64,000 nucleotides of DNA. It comes from an uncultured Hormoscilla sp. (GTDB lineage Bacteria > Cyanobacteriota > Cyanobacteriia > Cyanobacteriales > Desertifilaceae). Location: assembly GCA_963921275.4 (NCBI GenBank), contig OZ001293.3:4384001-4448000 (forward strand), given 5' to 3'. Positions 54,167 to 64,000 of this stretch are shown here, piece by piece (within the stretch, counting starts at the first letter, position 1; each line of letters begins with the position of its first letter). The notes beneath the pieces are model-generated. The model ran no database searches and was not told the DNA's origin. It saw only the letters and a list, made by a program, of their open reading frames with translations. A program made the translations under genes and the position numbers.

Positions 54167-55899
54167 GGACTCTCAGAGGCAGAAATATTACTGATCGCCC
54201 GTTGGAGGTTAGCTAAAGCCCGATTATAGCCGAGTACCGCCTGCACCCGATTGAACTCAGCCTGTGTCAAATCAGTTTCCGAGTTGATCACGTCAGTTTG
54301 AGTACCCACACCCGCCTGAAAGCGTAACCGAGCCAGTCGCAGGGCTTCTGTGGCCTGTTCTAGAGCCGCAGAAGCCGTGCCAATATTCTCAAAACTGGAA
54401 ATCAAGTTGAAATAGGATTGTTCCACCTGCAAGCGGATCTCGTTGCGTTGGTCAGCAAAAGTCGTTTCCGCGATCGCCGTTTCTGCCTCTTCCTGAGCTG
54501 CTTGCGCCTTGGCCTGTCCCCCATCAAACAAATTCCAAACAACTCGCGCGCCAAAGGAGTAGCCATCACCAGCTCCCTGCTGATTATTCAAGTTCTCATC
54601 ACTGTCCAGCTTGAACACATTGTAGTTAGCAAACAGACTGATCTGAGGTCCGAAAGTTGCTAACCGGGCCAGACGTTGCTGCTGGTTCAGTTCCCGAGTT
54701 ACTAGCTGGGTCTCCAACTCCGCCCGGTTCTGAAAAGCCAATATAATGCTCTGGTCCAAAGGGATGTTCCAGGTGCTAGCAATCTCCACCGGATCTGCTG
54801 CCGAGACATCAATAAACTGGGGTAAACTCAGTTGCTCCACTAATATCCGGCGGGATAACCGCTGCTGAGAAATTGCTTCGGTCAGTCTTTGCTCTTCCTC
54901 CGCCAACTGCACCTGGGATTGCAGCACGGCAAATCTGGTGCCCACACCGACCCTTTCCAAAGCTTGGGCATCTCGCAGACTACTCTCGGCATTGCGCACG
55001 GCCTGCTCTCGGATCCGCACTTGTTCGTCACTTTGCTGAAGGTCGTAGTAGCTTTCCGTCACTGCTAGACGCACCTCCTCCTGCAAGCGCTCGATTTCCA
55101 GTTCGCTCAAGCGCACCTGCTTTTTCCCCACCCGGATGTTAGCAGACCTCAAACCGGAAGTATAGATGTCATAATTTAGTGCTAAGGTGCCAGTTAAGGT
55201 GGTGGTGGGAGCATCTTGATCTAGTACTAATGGAGGATTTTCGTTCGCCTCATTAATCTGACCTTGGGCACTCTGACTGCGAGTGATATCTCCCTGAGCT
55301 GTGAGCGTTGGATACTCAGCTGCCAGAGCTTCTCGCAATTGAGCTTTTGCCTGTTCCAGTTGCAGCTGAGCTACCTGTAGATCCCTATTGTTGCGCCATG
55401 CCAAATCCAGTACCTGTTGCAAGGTCAGGGGCTGGGTTCCCTGAATCTCCACTTCCTCCGGTGTGGTGGGCAATTGTAGCGGATTAGGACCCGGGTCAAG
55501 ATAGAGTTCTGGGGAATTTTCCAACTCCGGCCCTGAGAACAATCGGTCCCTAGACGCCGGAAGGTTCGCCCCTGGCTTTTGTACTGCCAATTCCACCATC
55601 TCGGAAGCTTGGGGCTGGGCTAAGTCGGTACTCTCTGAGAGCACATCTGCTACTTCTGGCTCCCAGGCTTTGATAGAGCGTACAGTGAAGGGAGCAAAGC
55701 GAAAACTGGTCCGACCCTGGTCGGATGCATCTTGGGTGGCCTCCGGAGTTGGGCTGGCCTGGGCAATGGTGTTAGGGCTAGGCCATGTCTGAGGGGTTTT
55801 TGCGATTTTTCCCGCAGCGTAGCATAAAGAAGGCATCGAAGCTCCCAGGGCGATCGCGGCGATCGCACTCACACCAATAAAATTAAGCTTTTTCGACAT
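54163..55899 (-). CDS. tolC: TolC/HgdD outer membrane efflux protein
   Basis: Signal peptide, two OEP repeats, LRLARLRFQAGVGTQTDVI. Confidence 0.93.
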   Translation of the reverse strand: MSKKLNFIGVSAIAAIALGASMPSLCYAAGKIAKTPQTWPSPNTIAQASPTPEATQDASDQGRTSFRFAPFTVRSIKAWEPEVADVLSESTDLAQPQASEMVELAVQKPGANLPASRDRLFSGPELENSPELYLDPGPNPLQLPTTPEEVEIQGTQPLTLQQVLDLAWRNNRDLQVAQLQLEQAKAQLREALAAEYPTLTAQGDITRSQSAQGQINEANENPPLVLDQDAPTTTLTGTLALNYDIYTSGLRSANIRVGKKQVRLSELEIERLQEEVRLAVTESYYDLQQSDEQVRIREQAVRNAESSLRDAQALERVGVGTRFAVLQSQVQLAEEEQRLTEAISQQRLSRRILVEQLSLPQFIDVSAADPVEIASTWNIPLDQSIILAFQNRAELETQLVTRELNQQQRLARLATFGPQISLFANYNVFKLDSDENLNNQQGAGDGYSFGARVVWNLFDGGQAKAQAAQEEAETAIAETTFADQRNEIRLQVEQSYFNLISSFENIGTASAALEQATEALRLARLRFQAGVGTQTDVINSETDLTQAEFNRVQAVLGYNRALANLQRAISNISASESP

Positions 55900-56111
55900 T
55901 TGTTTAAGATATCTGGGCAGTCAGGTAAATTTTCCCTCGATGCCTGAGGGGTTTTTGCGATTTTATGCGCTGCGCGCACGCTACGCGGACGCGCAGCGTA
56001 GCATAAAGAAGGCATCGAAACTGTCAGGCTTCCAACCAATAGCAGCATACTGGCTTGCTATTGGGCACGGGCTTAAGTTTTAGCATCTCTAGTAGGTTAG
56101 CAGTTTCCCTA

Positions 56112-57003
56112 GGGCGTGTCATCAGTTAAGCCAAACAACAGTAGCAGCCAGGTAGATAGCACCCAAGAAATTCTGAGCCCTCTTATCGTAACGGGTGGCA
56201 ATGGCTCGATATTGCTTGAGTTTGGCAAAAAAATTCTCAATCAAATGACGTGCTTTGTATAGATATTTGTCATAACGGCGTTGTTCTTTTCGATTGGATT
56301 TAGGCGGAATCACAGGTTCGCATTGCTGGGCTTCAAGACGTTTCAAAACCCGTTCGTCAGCATCAGAAGCTTTGTCTGCGAGTAACGCATCAGCCTTAAT
56401 ATTATCAAGTAACACATCAGCCCCTTCCAAATCGTGAGCTTGACCGGCTGTTAAATGAAAACCCGTTGGGTTCCCCAATGCGTCACAGGTCGCGTGAATT
56501 TTGGTACTCAAACCCCCTTTACGGCGTCCGATGGCTTGGTCGCAATCTTTTTTTTTGAGCACCTGCACTATGTTGATGAGCCCTTTATATCGTGGCATCA
56601 ATCATCGCATATTCGTTATCGGCATCGGACGCAAGTACCTTGAATACTCTTTCCCATACCCCGGATTTTGACCACCTACTATGGCGCGTATGAATTACCC
56701 TCAAGTCCCCAAATCGCTCGGGTCCCGCCAAGGTATCCCAGCTCTATATCGATACAAGACAGCATAGACAAATAAGCGGTTATCCTTAGCTGTCCCCCCC
56801 ACATAACCCTCCCGACCTGGCAATAGGTCCCTGATTCTCTCCCACTGGTCATCTCTTAAAGCATAGCGACGCATTTCTCAAATTCTCCTGCTCTAACCTT
56901 TACCCTCTTAGATCACACCAATATATCCTGGTTGTCAACTCAATCATCTTGTTATATATTTTTGGTGGGAACCCATATCGTTAATCTAACTGATGACACG
57001 CCC
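56112..57003 (-). mobile_element. IS5-family element, same TIR family as 48948-49812; orfA degenerate
   Basis: TIRs GGGCGTGTCATCAGTTA / TAACTGATGACACGCCC with CTAG at both junctions; GGLSTKIH and IENFFAKLKQYRAIATRYDK. Confidence 0.93.
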
Positions 57004-57066
57004 TAGAGTAAGGCTTTAGTTAAGATTCGATTGTATCAACTAAAATTATACCTGTAGTCTAGGCGA

Positions 57067-58233
57067 GTGAACAACATTCCCTCTGTTGACCTGAGCGGGC
57101 AGTACCTTCCCATTGCCGCAGAACTGGAAGCCGCTGTCAAAGAAGTCCTGGCTAGCGGTCGTTACATCGGTGGTCCGCTGGTGTCTGAATTTGAAGCTCA
57201 ATTTGCGGCCTATTTAAACGCTACTGAATGCGTGGCCTGCAATTCGGGTACCGACGCTCTGTATCTGGCCCTGCGTGCTTTGCAGATCGGGCCCTCTGAT
57301 GAAGTGATTACTACCCCTTTTACCTTTATTGCTACGGCTGAGGCCATCTCGGCGGTGGGAGCGAGGCCGGTGTTTGTTGATATTGACCCCCAAACTTTTA
57401 ATTTGGACCTGGAACAGTTGTCAGGGGCAGTCACTGGCCAGACTAGGGCGATTATACCAGTTCACCTGTTTGGCCAACCAGTTGATATGACCCGCTTAAT
57501 GGCGATCGCCAACTCTCACGGTCTAGCTGTGATTGAAGACTGCGCCCAGGCTACCGGAGGCGAATGGGCTGGCCAAAAGCTGGGGACGATCGGTCTAGTG
57601 GGCTGCTTTAGTTTCTACCCTACCAAGAACTTAGCCGCCTGTGGCGATGCCGGTGCTGTGATTACTAGAGATCGAGCGATCGCCTCCACTGTCCGGCAAC
57701 TGCGAGATCACGGTCGCCGCCAGAGCTACGATTTTTCCGGAACGGTGCACGTACATACTGGCATTAACTCTCGCCTCGACACCATACAAGCTGCCATTCT
57801 GAAAATCAAACTCAAGTATCTCGATCGCTGGAATGAACAGCGTCGCCAGATTGCCTCTCGCTACCATCTGCTGCTGCAAACTCTTCCAGATATCATTCGT
57901 CCCCAAGAGATCGAGGGCGGTCTTACTGTTTGGAATCAATACACAATTCGGGTGAAAAGTCAAGCAAAAAACTCCCCCATCTCGCAGCGGGACTGGATGC
58001 GTTCCCAGTTACGGCAGCATGGCGTGAGCACAATGGTTTACTATCCCTTGCCCTTGCATCTACAACCGGTCTACAAACATTTGGGTTATCAACCCGGTCA
58101 ACTGCCAGTTGCAGAGCAGGCTTGTCGGGAAGTCTTATCCTTGCCCATGTTCCCCGAACTGGACAGCCGGCAACAGGCTATTATGGTCGAGCGCTTGCTT
58201 GATTTATACTGCGAAGGGTCCCTTTGCCCTTAG
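57067..58233 (+). CDS. DegT/DnrJ/EryC1/StrS aminotransferase
   Basis: NSGTDAL, IEDCAQA, SFYPTKNL, NSRLDTIQAA. Confidence 0.95.
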   Translation: MNNIPSVDLSGQYLPIAAELEAAVKEVLASGRYIGGPLVSEFEAQFAAYLNATECVACNSGTDALYLALRALQIGPSDEVITTPFTFIATAEAISAVGARPVFVDIDPQTFNLDLEQLSGAVTGQTRAIIPVHLFGQPVDMTRLMAIANSHGLAVIEDCAQATGGEWAGQKLGTIGLVGCFSFYPTKNLAACGDAGAVITRDRAIASTVRQLRDHGRRQSYDFSGTVHVHTGINSRLDTIQAAILKIKLKYLDRWNEQRRQIASRYHLLLQTLPDIIRPQEIEGGLTVWNQYTIRVKSQAKNSPISQRDWMRSQLRQHGVSTMVYYPLPLHLQPVYKHLGYQPGQLPVAEQACREVLSLPMFPELDSRQQAIMVERLLDLYCEGSLCP

Positions 58234-58866
58234 GGCCGTAATTGTCTAAGCGGGGATAATTGAGATATCCTTGTGTGACGGAGTATTTGCAGCCAGAGTA
58301 TATATCCACATTGGATAGGCAACTGACAGTTGCTGGCAACCCTTATATCGAACAGTTCCTTTCGCAAGATAAGGCGATCGTCTGCTAGGAGCGTGTTCGC
58401 CGATCCACTGCTAGTTTCTCTAGCGCCAAGCGGGCATCAAATCCATGTTAGCAATTAGAACTTCCGATGGCGAAAAACCCAATGGCATTATTGCCTTGCA
58501 TCAATGTATCGTCACCCCCAGCCGGATCTCCTGGGAGCACTATTCGTACTACCCAGGAGATCCGGCGATGAGATTGAGTTACTTGAAGCGATCGCCGACA
58601 AGTGAGCCCGATCGCCTTTTGGAGCAAGAAACAATGAAAAATTTGGCTTTAGAAAAAGCCCGACAGGCGGCGGAAGCTGGACGCGATCTCGCTGCGCGCG
58701 CGCTGGACGCGATCTCGCTAGCAGGAGGTTTGAGTTTCGACGATTTGGCGATCGTCTCTCAGGGCCTAGATACGACAAAGTCATCGACGTATCTGACTAC
58801 TGTCAGTTCCCTTTGTTTGACGCCAAACCACCATCATCTATAAGTTGGTGCAGAGGATAATTACAG

Positions 58867-60432
58867 ATGAAAGATAGAGCAGCACAAATTCAACAAATAG
58901 CAGTAACTGCGGCCCAGATGCGGGAAATAGAAGAGAGGATCTTTGCCGCAGGCATGCCAGTGGCAGCATTGATGGAAAAGGTAGCGGGCCTGCTGGCCCG
59001 GCGCATAGAATCTCTATACCCAGGATCCCAGCGGGTAGGAGTCTTGGTCGGACCGGGTCATAATGGGGGAGATGCTTTAGTAGTGGCGCGGGAGTTGCAT
59101 TTCCACTCTTATGATGTTACTATCTATAAACCCTTATCTAAACTGAAGCAACTTACCAGTCAACATGCCGAGTATGCCGCAAGTTTGGGTATTCCCTTTC
59201 ACGAAGAGATTGCCCCGCTGCAAGATTGCCACCTGTTGATTGATGGTTTATTTGGATTTGGGTTAGAACGGACAATCTCCGAGGGACTGGCAGAGGCAGT
59301 AAACGAGCTGAATAGCTGGTCAAAACCGGTGCTAAGTATAGATATTCCTGCGGGCATCCACACGGATACAGGGGCAGTCCTGGGAACGGCAGTGCGGGCA
59401 ACTCGGACATTTTGTCTGGGTTTGTGGAAGCTGGCATTTTTGCAGGACCAAGCTTTAGAATATATCGGCAAGGCGGAACTGATTGATTTTGATATTCCCT
59501 GGGCAGATATCGAACCTGTAATTAATCAAACATCGAGAATATATCGGATTACAGCAGCTACGGCAGTGGCCCATCTGCCCATCCCTCGCCCGCGAGTTAC
59601 TCATAAATATAAGGAAGGACATTTGCTGTCCATCTGCGGTTCTCGTAAGTATGCAGGGGCAGCGATTTTAACGGGTTTGGGCGCGCAAGCAAGTGGAGTG
59701 GGGATGCTGTCAATCGCGGTGCCAGAGTCTTTGAAACAGTTGTTAGTGGCACAGTTACCCTCAGCATTGATTATCGGTTGTCCGGAGACGAAAACAGGCG
59801 CGATCGCCCAACTGCCAGTAAAATTGAGCAGCTATAGCGCGATCGCCTGCGGTCCGGGATTGACAACGGAGGCAGTAGAAGTAGTAGAAAAGGTATTGGA
59901 GAGCGATCGCCTGCTAGTGCTAGATGCCGACGGGTTAAATATCCTGGCATCTTTGGGCCCGATCGCCAGATTATCCCAGCGGCAAGTACCAACAGTGCTT
60001 ACCCCGCATACGGTCGAGTTTAAGCGTCTGTTTCCCCAAGCACCCGAGACCCAAGATAGAATCAAGGCAGTGCAAAATGTTTCCGGATTGGGAGGTGCTG
60101 TGGTATTGTTGAAAGGAGCATTAACCGCGATCGTCAATCATTACGGTTCTGTATGGATTATCCCCGAAAGCACCCCAGCATTAGCCCGTGGCGGCAGTGG
60201 GGACGTATTGACTGGACTGTTGGGTGGACTGTTAGCACAGGCCCCCTCCCGGGAGACTCCCATAGAAGGGGTAGTAGTAACAGCAGCATGGTGCCATGCC
60301 CAGGCAGGCATGTTGGCAGCATCCGAACGAACGGAGTTGGGCGTAGATGCCCTGACCTTGACCCAATATTTAATGGCAGCGGTGGGAAATTCTATAGTTG
60401 ATTATTCAGCTGACAAAAGCATCTACTGTTGA
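58867..60432 (+). CDS. nnr: Bifunctional NAD(P)H-hydrate epimerase/dehydratase
   Basis: GPGHNGGD, DGLFGFG, DADGLN, LTPH, ARGGSGDVLTG. Confidence 0.95.
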   Translation: MKDRAAQIQQIAVTAAQMREIEERIFAAGMPVAALMEKVAGLLARRIESLYPGSQRVGVLVGPGHNGGDALVVARELHFHSYDVTIYKPLSKLKQLTSQHAEYAASLGIPFHEEIAPLQDCHLLIDGLFGFGLERTISEGLAEAVNELNSWSKPVLSIDIPAGIHTDTGAVLGTAVRATRTFCLGLWKLAFLQDQALEYIGKAELIDFDIPWADIEPVINQTSRIYRITAATAVAHLPIPRPRVTHKYKEGHLLSICGSRKYAGAAILTGLGAQASGVGMLSIAVPESLKQLLVAQLPSALIIGCPETKTGAIAQLPVKLSSYSAIACGPGLTTEAVEVVEKVLESDRLLVLDADGLNILASLGPIARLSQRQVPTVLTPHTVEFKRLFPQAPETQDRIKAVQNVSGLGGAVVLLKGALTAIVNHYGSVWIIPESTPALARGGSGDVLTGLLGGLLAQAPSRETPIEGVVVTAAWCHAQAGMLAASERTELGVDALTLTQYLMAAVGNSIVDYSADKSIYC

Positions 60433-60461
60433 AAATCATAGTTGCAACTTCAGGAAATACC

Positions 60462-61019
60462 ATGAAATCAGCCCATCCTCTGGCAACAATTGTTGCGACA
60501 GCAATTACAACCTTGACAACCCTGAATCCGGCGATCGCTGCCATCTTCGGTCAACAAGAAGTGAACCAAAACAACTTTGTGGCAGTTGTGGTGCCCGTGG
60601 ACGGCGGGAACTCGCAACGGTTGGTGATTCTGGAGCAAAAAACAAATCGCCGTGCTTGTTGGAGTGAGTATGGTAGCGGTCCAGTGCGGATCTACCCCCT
60701 GCTGTTGAGTTTCGATTTTACAGGCATTTGTGGCAGGGCAGCAGACAGCAACGCCTACTCAATTCGAGTCGGGGGCCAAGACTTGGGACTGAAATACACT
60801 CTCTTTCTCGAAGTCAGAAATGGAGATATTTTTCTGATCGGCAAGGATCTACTCAATCCCAATGCACCGGTCCTGACAATTGGCAAGACTAATGGGATTA
60901 CCAATGAGTTTATGAAGATTAATCTGGAATCAGGTTGGTACTTTACTAAAAGAACCTATAATGGACGGACTTTGGGTCACATCTATCTGACTAATGATTC
61001 CCGGGCGATCGCACCTTAA
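60462..61019 (+). CDS. DUF3747 exported protein
   Basis: FGQQEVNQNNF, CWSE, FDFTGICGR, LGHIYL. Confidence 0.85.
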   Translation: MKSAHPLATIVATAITTLTTLNPAIAAIFGQQEVNQNNFVAVVVPVDGGNSQRLVILEQKTNRRACWSEYGSGPVRIYPLLLSFDFTGICGRAADSNAYSIRVGGQDLGLKYTLFLEVRNGDIFLIGKDLLNPNAPVLTIGKTNGITNEFMKINLESGWYFTKRTYNGRTLGHIYLTNDSRAIAP

Positions 61020-61022
61020 CTG

Positions 61023-61059
61023 GTTTCCCAGGCGACAGGCGATCGATCGCCTGGGAAAC
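61023..61059. terminator. Hairpin between convergent genes
   Basis: GTTTCCCAGGCGA...TCGCCTGGGAAAC. Confidence 0.5.
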
Positions 61060-61078
61060 TAGCGCCATCAAAGGAGGT

Positions 61079-61459
61079 TTACCCCAGGGCTCGATCTAGA
61101 TCGGCAATTAGATCCTCTGGATGTTCTAAACCAACAGATATGCGCAGCAAATTGTCCGGAGTTGTCGAACCTGGTCCTTCAATGGAAGCGCGATGTTCGA
61201 TGAAACTTTCTACACCACCCAAACTGGTGGCCCGGGCGAACAGCTTCACGGCAGAGGTGACAGCAAAAGCCATTGGTTTTCCACCTTTCACCTGGAAAGA
61301 TAGCATACCTCCAAACAGTTGCATCTGCCTGGCAGCAATTTCATGTCCTGGATGTGCTTTAAGTCCCGGATAATGCACCGCTTCCACTTGAGGATGTGCC
61401 GCTAAAAAATCAGCCAGCCGTAGGGCATTTTCTGTCTGGGCCCGCAGGCGATAAGGCAT
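61079..61459 (-). pseudogene. Cys/Met metabolism PLP enzyme (cystathionine gamma-synthase family), C-terminal fragment
   Basis: VHYPGL, FGGMLSF, ATSLGGVES, LRISVGLE; N-terminal two thirds missing. Confidence 0.88.
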
Positions 61460-61509
61460 GTTTTACTGCGCACCAGAGGCAATAAAATTTCAAATTCCGT
61501 ACCCGACCC

Positions 61510-62760
61510 ATACTGCGATCGCACCTGAAACTCACTGCCATGCTTAGCAGTGACAATTTGACAACTAACCGCTAAACTTGTTTCCTTTTATTCTCGTTTT
61601 TCCACCGAAAAATATTCCAGAATTTCCTTTAATTTATTAGGGGATAAACCGGGAAGATTATCAGCAATTTTAATGAAGACCCAGCGATTATCGCGAATAT
61701 CTTGCTTACTTCTCTTGATAGAAAAAACATGAGTTGTAATTTCAATCCGAGGCTGGCGGTTTGTCCTGCCTTCACCGCCCAATGAGCCAACAAACTCTCG
61801 AGTCACAGCCTGATTTAGTAAAGCATCAACCGCATTTGTGAGGATATTCATAAACACCTGGTTCATCTGACCCGCAAAGCATGACACTAGCGGCAGATAG
61901 CCGTAATTTTTAACAATTTCAATAGTAACAAAATCTTATCCAGACAAGCATGCAAATCAGCTGGCTTAGGATAAACCTCATCAATATGGCAGAAATTTTG
62001 CAAACCCGTCATCAGGATCTTTAACCCTTCGGCGCCCCTTTGAATGCTCTTAATTGCTCGCGGCAAGTCTATTTGTAAAAAATCCAAATCAATTTATGCT
62101 TTCAACTCGCTAATTTCGGTCGGGGAGAGCTTGTTTTCATAAGCCTCTAGCAATTTCATCATATACTGATTATAGATAGAAACAAAATTCAAGTTGCCCC
62201 AAATAAAATTCACCGGGTCTAAAACCTAATGAGCCACCCCATCCACCAGGCGTCCCAAACTAGCCATTTTCTCAGTTTGAATCATCTGGACCTGGGCCCG
62301 TTCGTAGCGCACCTGAGCTGCAGCCAAGCAGCCTGGTTTAATTGATTAATGTCCAATATCTGATAAGTCTGGGAGTCCCCCTTCACCACCACCGGTTCGC
62401 CTAAAAGTTCCGGCGATCGCCTGAAAGCCTGTCCCGCCGCCTCCAGGATCGGCATTGTATCGGGAAGCAGTAAAATTTACGTGTGCGCGTAGCTGTAGAT
62501 CACCTCCACCGATTGACTTAAAAACAGCTCTTTATCCCCTGAGGGCGGAGCAGCAGTTCTAGCAAAATCCGTCGGGATATCATAACCCGTGAATTCGCCC
62601 TGATATAGCAAGATCGCACCAGGGAGTTGAGGATTTCTCAAACATCCGGGCCACTTGCACGGCCAAGCAGCTCATATCCACCTGAAAACCATGTAGAGGT
62701 AAATCCCTCAGAGTCGATTCTAGAGAGAAAGCCCGATCGCTGCCCTCAGAGAAAGACGGT
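61510..62760 (-). pseudogene. Sensor histidine kinase, multiply disrupted
   Basis: EKMASLGRLVDGVAH* H-box, NQVFMNILTNAVD N-box, IKIADN; several stops and frameshifts. Confidence 0.8.
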
Positions 62761-62764
62761 GTTA

Positions 62765-63370
62765 GGCAAAATCACCGAAAATTCTTCGCCCCCGTAGCGA
62801 GCCACTAAATCCGTAGTACGGCGTACAGTCCAATAGATCGCGAAAGCGATCTATTGCAAACAGGCGTCACCAGCTTGATGACCATAGGTGTCGTTGTAGA
62901 GTTTGAAATAATCCACATCAGACATAATCAGGGACAATGGGGTTCGCGAACTAGCCAGGCCACGCCAGTTCTTGTCCAGGTAGGAGTTAAACTGGCGTCG
63001 GTTAGCCAGCTGAGTCAAGCCATCTAGAGAGGCAAGGCGTTGCAACTTTTCACTGGCCGACTCCAACAATTGAGGAACCAGACCCGACTTTCACCATTAC
63101 TGGTTTACGCCGGAACGAATCGCACAAACAATTCCAAGCCATAGGGACAGCTCATCTGTTCCCAAACCGGCGTCCGGAAATCATCCCTATATACTGTCCC
63201 AGTTCTGTCAAGATTACTCCAGGCAGCAACGGATTAGCATCCATTGCTCGAGCAACTTCCTGACCTGGGTGCTCCAATGATATTTGAAAATCATGAAGCC
63301 TCAGTTCCAGTACAATTGACTTTTGACTAAGGTTGTACATATCGATCTCAGACCGGGGTTGAACTAACAT
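62765..63370 (-). pseudogene. GGDEF diguanylate cyclase, fragmented
   Basis: DGLTQLANRR, DVDYFKLYNDTYGHQAGD, TAG, then VARYGGEEF and truncation. Confidence 0.82.
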
Positions 63371-63516
63371 AGAAGACTGCCAAGTCTCACGGCATAGCTA
63401 AAGTTACAGCTTGTCACTGCCAGATCCTCATCGGCGCTCTGGCAGACTTAAAATTGATAATTGATAATTGACAATTCACAACTAACAACTGACCATTAAC
63501 AACTGACCATTAAAAC

Positions 63517-63846
63517 CTACCCCTGTGAGAGAGGGGGTGTGCCGTCCGGCTCTGATGGGGAAGAGCCAGTCATATGCACCAAGATTTCGCGCAATTTCAT
63601 CCGATTGATATAGGGCCAGCCCCCTTGGGCTTCAATATCTTTCACCAGAGAGTAAAGATCCTGACGGTTATCTGGTAAAGACTCTTGAAACAGACCTTCC
63701 CGAATTTCTCGATGCAGAGCCTCCAAGCTCCGCAGCAGCTGTAGGAGAGCCAAAGTATCTCCCCGACAACCCGCAGCCTGAGCAGAGATCCTATCCGTAA
63801 TGGCTTGCAAATCCCGTTGTGAGTTATAATTACTGCCGCTATTCAT
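63517..63846 (-). CDS. Conserved cyanobacterial hypothetical protein
   Basis: LLQLLRSLEALHREIRE..LPDNRQDLY..DIE..GGWPYI. Confidence 0.7.
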   Translation of the reverse strand: MNSGSNYNSQRDLQAITDRISAQAAGCRGDTLALLQLLRSLEALHREIREGLFQESLPDNRQDLYSLVKDIEAQGGWPYINRMKLREILVHMTGSSPSEPDGTPPLSQG

Positions 63847-64000
63847 GCTATAGTCTATTGTGCTTCATTGGGACAAATCCAATCTAACCCAGTCTCCTGC
63901 TGATGTAGGAGGGAAGTTGAATTGAAGCACCGGTGATAGATGATCGAGAAGAGGGAACTGATACTTCCTCCAGCCAGCATCCAAATCACCGCGCGATTGG

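Overview
Cyanobacterial DNA (abundant HIP1 GCGATCGC, NDH-1(3) CO2-uptake genes, GUN4, DUF3747/DUF4168) showing heavy gene decay: many frameshifts, premature stops, IS remnants, MITEs and small dispersed repeats. This fits an eroding, possibly host-associated genome, though some lesions may be sequencing errors. The housekeeping backbone is ureE/F/G, holA, ndhF3-ndhD3-cupA-cupS, an RND adaptor, purH, dedA, tolC, a DegT aminotransferase and nnr. The main accessory feature is a ~15 kb island (~22.7-38.0 kb) bracketed by duplicated sequence. It carries an NHLP/proteusin-type RiPP locus: a four-gene export module; two paralogous precursors with unusual tandem (2x and 3x) NHLP leader modules and hydrophobic cores ending TTTNW; a truncated, possibly prenyltransferase-like enzyme; and a convergent CndH/VhaA-type flavin halogenase plus an FAD-oxidase fragment. 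Also present: an apparently intact IS607 whose TnpB has the rearranged pro-Fanzor RuvC signature, an IS607-HTH/GUN4 fusion, the 3' end of a group II intron, and RTX/LRR/cadherin surface proteins inserted between ureE and ureF. All calls are by-eye motif recognition; no searches were run.
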